DNA of 63,290 bases, counting the filler, from Octopus bimaculoides (lineage: Eukaryota), in NCBI RefSeq assembly GCF_001194135.2. It is 5 parts of 4 records of this genome, joined end to end, with 100 filler letters (N's around TTAATTAATTAA, not from the genome) between each part and the next. Parts side by side here need not be neighbours in the genome. Positions count along the whole stretch, not along the records: positions 49,936 to 61,508 come from NC_068987.1; positions 61,609 to 63,290 come from NC_068998.1; 3 more parts are not named here. The stretch is one strand, 5' to 3'. The position numbers and the translations under genes were made by a program. Below are positions 52,050 through 63,290 of the stretch, piece after piece. The number at the start of each line of letters is the position of its first letter. Within the stretch, counting starts at the first letter, position 1. The notes under the pieces were generated by a model. That model did not search any database and was not told where the DNA came from. It saw only the letters and a list, made by a program, of their open reading frames with translations.

Positions 52050-53450
52050 AAGATACTGAAGATTCAGTACACACCACGTGTGTATGTGTCTGTTGTTTTC
52101 GGTGTGGTGTGTGCTTGTATTTGGGTGTATTCTGTGAGCGTATTATTTGTATTGCTTGTGCAGTGTATGTACATACGTGTGGGTGTGTTTGTGTACGCTT
52201 TGTACTTGTCAGGGTGTGAGGTGTTATTGTTTGCGTGTGCGTGTGCGTGTGTGTGTCTATGAGTGTTGTTATTGTTCGATTTTCACCGCATGTGTATATG
52301 CGTGTGTTTTATGTTTGAGTGTGGTTGTGTTTTTTTTTTTTTTACTGGGAAATGGACATATTGTGTTTGTCTGTGTGTACGTATGTGTGTGTATATATGC
52401 ATGTGTGTGTGTGGGTTGCGTTGTGTTTGTGCGTGTTTTTAGCTGTATCTGTGTATGTGTCTGCGTGTTTGCTGCGTATATGCGTTTTTTAGTAGGGGTG
52501 GATGAAGGATATTATGTTGTGTGCGCGTAAGTATGTATGTGCGTGGGATTTGCTTGTATTTTTCTGTGTGGTGTGTGTTTATGTGCAGGTGTTTTTGCGT
52601 GAGTGTGTCTTGTAATTCTCAGGGTGGTTGTGCAAATGTGTGCATGTACGTTTTTATGTCTATGTGACTGTGATTGCTTGTTCTGATAGCTAGAATCGTA
52701 TTGCATGAGCATACGTGTGTGTGTTTCTCTTGGTATATGTGTATTTGTGCTCGAGAGTGGGGATATTGTACTTGCGCGTGTGTGTGTATGTGTGTGTGTT
52801 TCTGTATGTGTTTGTCGTGGATGTGTGTTCCTGAGTGGTAGCGGTAGGTTTATTGTGTTTATGTGTCGGCAGTCAAAGTATATTTCTGGAGATGTTAAAG
52901 TACATTGAGGTGTGGTCTGTATTTTGTAATAAAGGTGTTTTCCTTATTTATTCGTTCTTGATCATGGTGCTGTCTGGACAACAGTACAGTAGGAAAACTA
53001 GGAATTTGGGCAACTTATTTTATGCACAGACATCTAAGTGGCCATTAAGTGGTATCCGTCTTGTGGTAGGATCCCTCAATTGCTGACAGTGGACTGTCAT
53101 TCTGTCTCTAAGGGTGAGACTAATTTGCTGTTTGTGGTCTTTGTGGAACCCTTCATACCTAAGGTAAATTTTTTTCATGCTCTAGTGAAGTTATTTTTTA
53201 CGACAAAAGCGTGTCTTGATTGGAATTCATATATTATTCCTTCAATGAATTGGATGATGCAGATCCTGCAATTAGAGCGACCACATCTTTTGGCCGTGGG
53301 TTATAGGCTTGTGTTGGATAATTTTGCATTGGTGAGCAAGTTTTTTGGGGATTTAGGTTGTTGCTTGCGTTTTATTACTTTATTAGTTTCTGAGACAATT
53401 GTACAGATTATTCTCGCTTTGTGTGCTTTGGGTGATTGGAGCTGAACAGG
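52050..53450 (-). mobile_element. Penelope-like element: GIY-YIG endonuclease + CA-rich tail
   Basis: The minus strand of 52900-53400 gives RCGRSNCRIC...NNFT...LRDRMTVHCQQLRDP...GHLDVCA with frameshifts. Confidence 0.75.
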
Positions 53451-54788
53451 AAGTATTTTCGAATCAGTCGGTTTTTAGTATCTCAACACTAAAAAACTAA
53501 TCAAAACCATAGAGACAACAATGCTCCAAAAGCAAGAACGTACAACTCAATAAAAAACACACTAAAGGACGTTTGGATTTAAAATCTCACAGCACACAAG
53601 TTTGCTTTTTGGAACTTCATAAAAAATAGTAACAAAGCAGACTTCTATGAAAAGTGGCTCAACTCCACCCCAATCATCTGTTCCAAAAAACTCCAAATAA
53701 ACCCTGCAGAAATGAACTAGAAAGCCAACAATGGCTCAGACAGGAGTTGGCCTTAGATAAAATTCTAAATGGAAATAGAACTATTACGGCTAAGAATCAA
53801 TTCCAACGAGGAAAAATTCAAGGCATTTGATAACTAAATGGAAATTGAAATTTCAAAAGGCTGTGAAGGCACACTCCTTAATAGAACCACCTAACTTTGG
53901 AGAAAAAATGTGATGATGAAGAACTAACATCCCTCCAACGATGGGACAAAATTACCCTCTGGTTTGCCATGACGAAACGGGTTTTAAAAGGGAGAATCAT
54001 ACAAGTATGCTATATTTGAAAAAAATTAAACTCATACACCTCAGTTACAACAAACCAAACAAATCGCAAAAAATCAAACACACGCCACTCCAAGCTTTGA
54101 CAATAATAACAGAACTTACAGACAACACTATAACCTTACTTGAAGAAACCAGGCACCCTCCAACCCAAGACAAGACCTTACCCGACACCTTGGGTCCCAG
54201 CCCACACAGGAGTCGGTCCAAAATCGTTGATCCCACCTAACACATAGGAATTCGTTTCAAAACCACGACCATATATTTCAACCCACATTAAGGAATCAAA
54301 ATTACATCCATTACCAACAATCCAGACTCGAGAATATCTAAAACTTCTTTAGAAGTCCACACGATAACGAAGTAAATGCCAGTAAACACCAGTAAATACC
54401 AGAGACAGAACAACTTCTAGAAATCTTTTTTTTTTAGGCCAAAGCAACAGAATCCACGACACCAGATGGTACATACCAACCCTGAAAAACCAAAAATAGT
54501 GACTCTTTCAACCCTAAACCTGTCCACCGAACAAATTAAAATCCTCTCAAAAGGTCTGAAATTCACTGCAACCCTAATCTCTACGAAATACATGAAGATA
54601 TCACATCTTTTACAAGATACTACCTACAATGAAATAGTCAACTACCAACACTCAAAAACGCTGTCCAAATTAAACACACTCATTTGCTAACAACAAAAGA
54701 ACCTAACGACAAATGAATGCGACTACTTAACCCTACTGCTACCACTCAGGAAAACACATCCACAACAAACACACACAGAAACACAAAT

Positions 54789-54819
<31 letters not shown>

Positions 54820-55560
54820 ATGCACCCACACTCATATACGAGCATACACGCACGTGCACAAACACAATAAGCCCATGCTCGAGCTTAAACACACAGACAT
54901 TCCAAGCAAAATTCCACACACATACACATGCAATACGATTCTAGTAATCACAGCAAACACTCAGAGACACACATACATAAACACGTACACGCTCACACTT
55001 ATACAAACACATATACACACAAACCACACAGAAAAATACAAACAAAACCCAAACACAAAAAGACGTGCTTTCATGCATCACAATATCCCTAATCACCCCC
55101 ACCAAACAAAAAACATGCACATCCACAACAAACACAGACGTATACACAGATATACGCACAAACACACACCACAAATAAACATACACGCATATATACACAC
55201 ATACGTACACAAAATGCCCATTTTCCAGTCAAAAACACACACGCTCAAAGAAAAACATAGATATACACACACAATGCAATTCCAACAATCACAACACTTA
55301 CAGACACACACACATACACACTTACGCAAGCACGTACACGCAGACAATGACACACACACCCATGACAAGTACAAAACACACTCACACAAACACACCCACA
55401 CACATGTGTACATACACTGCACAAACAATACAAATCACACGCTCATAAAAATACACCAAACCACACGTACACATACACACACACTTCGCCACAACAAATA
55501 TAGCACACTCCCACTCATGCTCACACTCACGAAAAATACATAAACCACACCCACATACAC
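53450..55560 (+). mobile_element. Penelope-like element: N-terminal ORF remnant + CA-rich tail
   Basis: IVTLSTLNLSTEQIKILSKGLKFTAT (PLE pre-RT motif xNLSxxxLxxxExxLLxKGLxF). Tail 54725-55560 is the inverted homolog of 52070-52855. Confidence 0.75.
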
Positions 55561-56799
55561 AGACACAAACGCATACCAAGTATAAACACACACAGTATGT
55601 GCACGCACGCACACACATACGAAGCATACTGATAGACGCAACACATATGGACACACACATAGCCCCTGTCAAATATAACACACTCACACACATACACACT
55701 CACACACATGCAAACATATGTACCCACACACAGACATACGAATGCACACTCACACACATACATACTCACACCGTTTGCCTGTCCTTGTTTGTCCCCTCTG
55801 TGTGTAGCCNNNNNNNNNNTCACACACATACACACTCACACACATGCAAACATATGTACCCACACACAGACATACGAATGCACACTCACACACATACATA
55901 CTCACACCGTTTGCCTGTCCTTGTTTGTCCCCTCTGTGTGTAGCCCCTTGTGGGTAGTAAAGAAATGACACACACATCACCCGGACAACTATAACACTAT
56001 AAACATACACACGCACGCACACACATACTCACATGCACCCACACACTACCCTGACCAACACAACACACAAACATACACACGCGCACACACACAAACCTAT
56101 ACATACTCACACACGAACACATACGAACACACACACGCACACGCACACATAAAATCATACTCAAACACACACATACATCAGTCAAAAAACGCCGATACAT
56201 GACAGACTAGCCCAGAAAGAAAAAGAACCTTTTGATTCCACAAACTATTCGAAATCGGATCATGTGAATGCTCTCTCTCAACCAACCTTTCACACTGTTT
56301 CTTAAAGATATCAACCATCCTTGCAAAACACATAAACACGACAGGACATGAAGCAAAACGGTTGGTCATTCCTCAAAAATTCTTATTAAAAAATTATGAT
56401 TTTTTATGAACTTTTGACAAAACAATACACGCATTCTCTTATCAAATACTGTCTACAAATTCTTTCTATATACATGCTTATAAACACTTATGATTTCTGA
56501 TAAACTTGTACATAATTATGAACTTATTTTACTTGCCTATTTGGAACACATTTATGTAAACCGTTTAAACACAAAGCCTCTCTTAACATTTTCTTATCAT
56601 TGTCATTGTTAAAGATTCTATTTCTTACCATTTTCTTATCGTTATCAAAGACACTGTATTTTAATGCATCTATGATAACTAATTTTTAACATCACCAAGG
56701 CTACACACAGCGTCACACTTTACTTTTGATAATCTTTTTGTAAAAAACATTAAACTGGTCAAGTCAATAAACATCTTAAAATGACCTCTGCATTTACAA

Positions 56800-56841
<42 letters not shown>

Positions 56842-58937
56842 ATGTATACAATTGGAATTCCATTTCAAAATCAGATTATAAAGTCAAAATAAGCAACAGG
56901 ATATCAAGTAGTAATGTAGTACGACCATTTCAATCAGTCCATCTAATTGAACAATCCAATCATTACATTAATTTGAACGCAGTGCTATCTTCAGCTGAAC
57001 GTGTTGCCTATTTTGGTTTTATTCACCTTACTTCGAGTTGTGCGGATAATACTGGATTGACTTGATGCTTCAACTTAATACCTAATTAAACTGAATCTTA
57101 ATTATATATAAGATGGGCTTCTTTCAGTTTCTGCCTACCAGATCCACTCACAAGACTTTGATCGCCTCGAGGCTATAGCAGAAGACACTTGTGCAAAGTG
57201 CACGTGGGAATGATTCCGGAACTATGTAGTTAGGAAGCAAGCTTCTTACCACACGGCCACGCCTGCACCTTTATAATTTGTAGAAATTATTCCCGCTTCT
57301 AGATCTCCTGTCGCTTGATGTTATCTGATACTATTTCCATATGTGGAAGGGCGACAACCGGTGAAATAAAGACTTCTCTAAAATTGATAAGTCATTGGGG
57401 AGAAGATAGTCTCGTTGTCTAGAGAAAAATGGATTGCTGTGATATATATTTATGAATCAATCGGCGTCATCAACACAAAAGATTCCTAACCTTATGTTCA
57501 CCTGTCTAGACATTTGGGCACATAAGGAAAAAGAACATATTTTTATAGATACACTGATATATTGATATATAAGACAATTAGAAAGATATACATAAGTATA
57601 GACAACGTTTGATCATTTATATACGAAATATCTTACCCGTGTTTTAAAAACTGCTGACTATTTTATTCATGATAGCAGATGGCGTATCAAAAAAAAATAT
57701 AAATGTGAGAAATGATTGATGTCAACAATACAGTAAATATATGTACGTACAAACACGCAGAATTGAAGCATACAAACAATCTAATACGGTTGTGACGCCT
57801 CTGTTGTAAGTACTATCGTACACGTAACACACATGCATACATGCGCGCACTCTCAAACACATCATCAATCCTCGTGACAGAATTAACAACTCAGTGAAGA
57901 TAGTGGCATATGTCTGAGTAACAAAAGTGAATGTGGGGGTATTAAACAACTGATATATCATACAAGATAATTTTTAGTCTATTCTTCTATTCCTATATTC
58001 TTTTACTTGTTTCAATCATTTGACTGAGACCATGCTGGAGCACCGCCATGACATTCGATCTTTGGGAAGATAGTTCAGTTAAATTATGTCAGGATCTGTC
58101 CATGCTGTGTTGCGATTTCTCAATTTCTTGGGTTACCTTTCTCCTTCAATTAACCATCCCTCCTAAACAGATCTTGCTAACGCCACCAATCATTCGCTTA
58201 ATGTGGTTATAAAATGTGAATACTTTTGATGGCAGATGTAATTAGTCGCAATTTGGTTATTAGCTTTAGATTTTCAATTCTGACATGGCCTGAGACTTTG
58301 GTGCTAGTAATAAGTCGTATTGCAACATAGTGAAAGGCTTCCAGTTTCTGTAGTGCATGCTTGCCCATATAAAGCTACTATAAGGAGATATGTGTTCTAC
58401 ATGTTTAACTCAGCTATCATTGCCTCGTTTTTGAAGAGAGTTTGTGTGAAAGGTAGGTGAATTCAGAAACATGCTCTACTAGATTGCCATACACTGTGAG
58501 GTTGAGGTCCGGCTAGCTTTTTTCCGGTGTCATATGCGTGTCTGTGCGTGAAGATTCGTATATATATGTATATAAATATATATATATANNNNNNNNNNNN
58601 NNNNNNNNNNNNNNNNNNNNNNNNNNNNNNNNNNNNNNNNNNNNNNNNNNNNNNNNNNNNNNNNNNNNNNNNNNNNNNNNNNNNNNNNNNNNNNNNNNNN
58701 NNNNNNNNNNNNNNNNNNNNNNNNNNNNNNNNNNNNNNNNNNNNNNNNNNNNNNNNNNNNNNNNNNNNNNNNNNNNNNNNNNNNNNNNNNNNNNNNNNNN
58801 NNNNNNNNNNNNNNNNNNNNNNNNNNNNNNNNNNNNNNNNNNNNNNNNNNNNNNNNNNNNNNNNNNNNNNNNNNNNNNNNNNNNNNNNNNNNNNNNNNNN
58901 NNNNNNNNNNNNNNNNNNNNNNNNNNNNNNNNNNNNN

Positions 58938-60065
58938 TGGTCCTTTGCTTTCTTCTTTCTTATGTATCTCACCTTGTATTTTGTATTCCTATTGTATGTG
59001 TCTACGCATGCGTATCCTTCAATGTGTCTATGTTTTTGTAAGTGCATGTGTGTGTATGGGGAGTGTCTGTATTATCTATATCCTCTGTTAATACATGTTC
59101 GTTTGTTTTTGTTTTTATTTATTTATTTGTTCATGTGTTTATATCTACTTTTTTTTTGTATTTAATTAAATTTTGTTAACGTATGTAGTATTTAATTCCG
59201 TTTGTTTATCTATGTATTGTATTATATTTTGTTCATATTATTATTGGTTTATGGGGAACGTATTGTCATATGTTTTGGTTTGTGGGTTGTTAGGGGTGTG
59301 TGTTAGTGTTCCATTCTAGTTTCCTATTCAGGCTAGGTTTATCTTCTATTATTTGTGTAGCTTCTGTAATTTGTCTAAGTGCTGCGTCTCTGTTGTGTGT
59401 GGATAAGATTTTAATTTCTATGTTGTTGAGTGAGCCTCCATGTTCTTGCTCAGCGTGCTGGTACAGAACTGATGAGCTCTTCCCTTCCTTGAGTTCCCTC
59501 CAATGTTCATTTGCCCGCTCCCCTATGCTCCTTGCAGTTTCGCCTACATATGTTGTTGTCTTGTTACTGCATCGTCCCTCTGTACATATTATACTATAGA
59601 CCACATTTCTGGTTTTACAGTTCGTTTGTGGGCTAAATCTACATACGGTACAGTTCCTATCAGTGCAGGGTGTTCTACTAAAAAGGTATGTTCTACTGAT
59701 AACAAAAACAATGTAGATATAAACACATGAACAAATAAATAAATAAAAACAAAAACAAACGAACATGTATTAACAGAGGATATAGATAATACAGACACTC
59801 CCCATACACACACATGCACTTACAAAAACATAGACACATTGAAGGATACGCATGCGTAACACATACAATAGGAATACAAAATACAAAATGNNNNNNNNNN
59901 GCACTTACAAAAACATAGACACATTGAAGGATACGCATGCGTAACACATACAATAGGAATACAAAATACAAAATGGCTGATACTTAGCAAGGTGAGACAC
60001 ATAAGAAAGAAGAAAGCAAAGGACCCCTGATGAGGTCACAGAAGTGTGACGAAAAAACTCTGGCC
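58938..60065. mobile_element. Penelope-like GIY-YIG fragment (minus) with inverted pLTR-like repeats
   Basis: ORF 59290-59766(-): CTVC...NCKTRNVVYSIIC...TYVGETARSIGERANEH...EATQIIEDKPSLNRKLE. 58938-59150 is the reverse complement of about 59710-60025. Confidence 0.9.
60021..60065 (+). ncRNA. minimal type I hammerhead ribozyme motif
   Basis: ggaccc-CTGATGA-g-GTCACA-gaag-TGTGAC-GAAA-aaac-TC-tggcc. Confidence 0.6.
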
Positions 60066-60223
60066 GAAATAGGATTAATGTAACATAATGTAATATAAAG
60101 TTAAAGCAAATTAACATCAAATATACAGTGCGTGTGTTTTTATTGGCTAAACTGGCAATATGACCATCCCCAAGTACAACAACATCTGTTTCAACACACG
60201 ATTTCACATCAAAAATCTTGGAA

Positions 60224-60255
<32 letters not shown>

Positions 60256-60688
60256 NNNNNNNNNNNNNNNNNNNNNNNNNNNNNNNNNNNNNNNNNNNNN
60301 NNNNNNNNNNNNNNNNNNNNNNNNNNNNNNNNNNNNNNNNAGTTTCAATAACGATTATATTCTCTAACTTTCATCGACTCATTTGCTTGACACTATCACA
60401 AGTTTTAACGCCTACATATCTTTTTTATGAGTGTCTGTGTGTGTTTCTCTGTGTGAGAAAAAGGGTGGGGAAAGTGTGTATATGTGAACTTCCGTCATCA
60501 TTTAGCACAATATTGTTCCAGTTCATTATTTTTTGCATTCACAGTATGCTTCGATCAAATTTTGCAAACATTTAGTTTCACATTTCCTGCACACTTTCTC
60601 TTGTTTTTATATACTTCCTCTTTCACTAAATCATTCCCGGTTTATTTGTAGACATATGTGTATGTATATATATATGTGTGTGCGTGTG

Positions 60689-60720
<32 letters not shown>

Positions 60721-60959
60721 GGTGGGTGTATCCATATATAAATGTGAATATATATAAATAAATATATGTATGTATGTATGTATATATACATGTATATATA
60801 CATATTATGCATGTGCTTTGCTCTATAAACGCGTGTGTGTCTGTGGATGTATATTATTTGGGTGTGTATGAATATATATATGAAAGGGTATGGTGAGTCA
60901 GGCTCCCAATCATGAGGTAGTGATTTCCGGACAGGGCTGTGTGCTGTGTTCTTCAGCAA

Positions 60960-61025
<66 letters not shown>

Positions 61026-61103
61026 ACTATCTATCTATCTCTCTCTCTATCTATCTAGCTACCTGCCTACCTACCTACTTACCTACCTACCTACCTACCT
61101 ATT

Positions 61104-61134
<31 letters not shown>

Positions 61135-61219
61135 CTTACTATCTATCTATTTCTCTATCTATCTAGCTACCTGCCTACCTACCTACTTACCTACCTACCT
61201 ACCTACCTACCTACCTATT

Positions 61220-61250
<31 letters not shown>

Positions 61251-61270
61251 CTATTATCTATCTATCTATA
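60960..61270. repeat. (TATC)n/(TACC)n compound microsatellite with internal duplication
   Basis: Seen directly in the sequence. Confidence 0.95.
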
Positions 61271-61609
61271 TATATATATATGTGTATATATATATGTGTG
61301 TATATATATATATAGAAGGAAAATGCACACACTTTACAGAGTTTTAATATATTTTATATTGTGTTTGTTGACCGGTTTCACTTTCGCAAATCATGTCATT
61401 GGAATTATTGTATTTTCGTATTTTGTTATGAAGTTTTCGATCTATATTGCGTGTGGAGAAATTTGTGAATGAATAATCCAAAAAGTAGAAAACATTATTA
61501 GTGTCTGANNNNNNNNNNNNNNNNNNNNNNNNNNNNNNNNNNNNNNNNNNNNTTAATTAATTAANNNNNNNNNNNNNNNNNNNNNNNNNNNNNNNNNNNN
61601 NNNNNNNNT

Positions 61610-62395
61610 ATAGTCCTGGTACCAACTGCAAAGCCAGAAATGTGGTCTACAAAATAAGCTGTATGGATGGTGAGTGTAAAAACAAACACGACATACATAG
61701 GTGAAACGGCAAGAAGTTTGGCTGAGCGTGTAAACGACCATTGGAGGGACTATAATAATCAAAAACAAACCTCGGTGCTCTACCAGCATGCCAAAGAACA
61801 ACATGGTGGTGTACTGGACCGAATTAGCATAGAAATCCTGTCTAGACACCCCGGTGACGCATCGTTGCGACAAATACAGGAGTCGGTCCTCATAACTGAA
61901 ACGCGACCAATTTTGAACACCAAATACACGTAGATGAGAGCCTTACAATTGCCCATGGTTGCATGTGTTGTTCACACTTATGATGCGGAATGTGAACGTA
62001 AATAAATAAATTTAAAAAAAAAATTTTTTTAAATAAATAAAACCAAGTCCAAAGTCTGATCTGATATAAACGAAATTGTTACAAACACACATAAGGACGC
62101 ACATACTTACATATAAGCACGAACACATAAGTGCGTGCACACACTCACATGCTCATACCGAACAGTTTCGAAACGCCAAATCATACATTCAAAATAAATG
62201 GAAGTGGAGAGACAAGTTACTGAAGAGATTGCAAGAGTGCAATGAAATAATTTAACAAAAAACTATATAAATTAATAAAGGACTGAACCAGTGCGTGTGT
62301 TTATTACCGCCATAATGCCTCTCCCAAGGTTTAATTGTATTTCTTTCAACACACGTATCCACATCAAGATTCTTGCACACGAAATACACATACGA
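61610..62395 (+). mobile_element. Penelope-like GIY-YIG fragment + tail
   Basis: NCKARNVVYKISC...YIGETARSLAERVNDHW...RQIQESVLITETRPILN; paralogous to 59290-59766. 62290-62390 resembles 60125-60225. Confidence 0.9.
62216..62256 (+). ncRNA. minimal type I hammerhead ribozyme motif
   Basis: GTTA-CTGAAGA-g-ATTGCA-agag-TGCAAT-GAAA-taatt-TAAC; stem I GTTA/TAAC pairs. Confidence 0.65.
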
Positions 62396-62890
62396 AATAT
62401 TATTTACCTAAGTTTTAACACATCTTTAAATCAGTCACCTTGCGCAGCAATACACCGATCCCAGCATTCCTGTCACTTATGGAATCCAGTCTAGAAGTCA
62501 TTTTCCATAAGTGAGTCAAGGATATTCTATAATTTTCTCTGAATCTTCACAATGGTGTTAAAACAGTGACCTTTGAGCTTCATTTTCATTGACTGTGGCT
62601 TTGAACTGTTTGATCACCCTCCCCAATTCTCCTGATTTGGCTTCATCTAACTATCATTGTTCCCTATCATTGTAACCCTAACCTTAACCCTGACATGAAA
62701 AAAGAAAACACTTGGCTAGGAACCGGTACAGCAATAAAGATGATGCCATATCAGTTATTGATGACTTTTTTGACCAACACGATGAAAGTTTCTCCACCAA
62801 CGGAAGAAGTGTGTGGGCTGCAAGGGGTACTATGTTTAAAAATAAACCTCATTTGGTCACATTCCACGAAACTATCTTGGTCTGCCTATG
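62395..62890. mobile_element. mariner 3' fragments in opposite orientations
   Basis: 62395-62590 is a minus-strand 3' end (like 52-362). 62590-62880 is plus strand: CGFELFDHP..SPDLAS...KHLA...DDFFDQHDESF. Confidence 0.75.
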
Positions 62891-63290
62891 GTCATTTATG
62901 ACCGTAGGGGTCCTTTATATAATTATTCATTATTAACAGTTTTGTATTAGAAAACCAGGAATTTATACAAGGCTGTAAAAGAAGTGCTCAAACTAGTTGA
63001 GACATAGGTACAAAGTTAATTGCAGAATAAAACCGTTAGGTCATCGACTCAAAAAGCCGTAGCCCACCAATGAACACATAAGAAGTACAAAATAGACCAC
63101 AAAACCAAATTAGTAAAGGGAGGTCAAAATTTTTATACATAAGAATAAAAATACAATAGAATAATATAAATAAATAAATAAACAGCGATTAAAAGTTGAT
63201 TAAAAATATTAGAGACCGGTACAAATACAGTAGAATAAAAAAAAAATATATATATATAGAAAAAATATAGAGAAAAAAAATAATACATAG

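Noticed and set aside
54854-55543. 229-aa His/Thr-rich ORF and similar Cys/Val-rich ORFs
   Set aside because: Translation of CA/TG low-complexity Penelope tails.
55690-55945. Exact duplications around 10-N gaps (also 17590-17700 and 59810-59980)
   Set aside because: Typical unmerged contig overlaps.

Overview
AT-rich, repeat-dense animal genomic DNA from a draft assembly with many N gaps, four of them 100-bp spacers carrying TTAATTAATTAA. The SINE types, (GAT)n-tailed RTE partners and microsatellite load suggest an octopus genome (inference). The only confidently identified host gene is the 3' end of proteasome subunit beta type-2 (PSMB2; last two exons at 42600-42649 and 46317-46424, + strand); I could not find its 5' exons. 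The rest is mostly a layered transposon landscape: RTE LINEs, an R4/Dong/NeSL-like REL-endonuclease LINE, several Penelope-like elements (GIY-YIG) with inverted tails and minimal hammerhead-ribozyme motifs, mariner/Tc1, hAT, piggyBac and a GG-terminated foldback element with a telomere-like core, plus many tRNA-derived SINEs. There are no prokaryotic features or CRISPR arrays. I found no convincing wholly new system. The most notable items are the Penelope-linked hammerheads with an extra core nucleotide and several precisely nested or foldback elements. Repeat boundaries are approximate unless a TSD or TIR is quoted.
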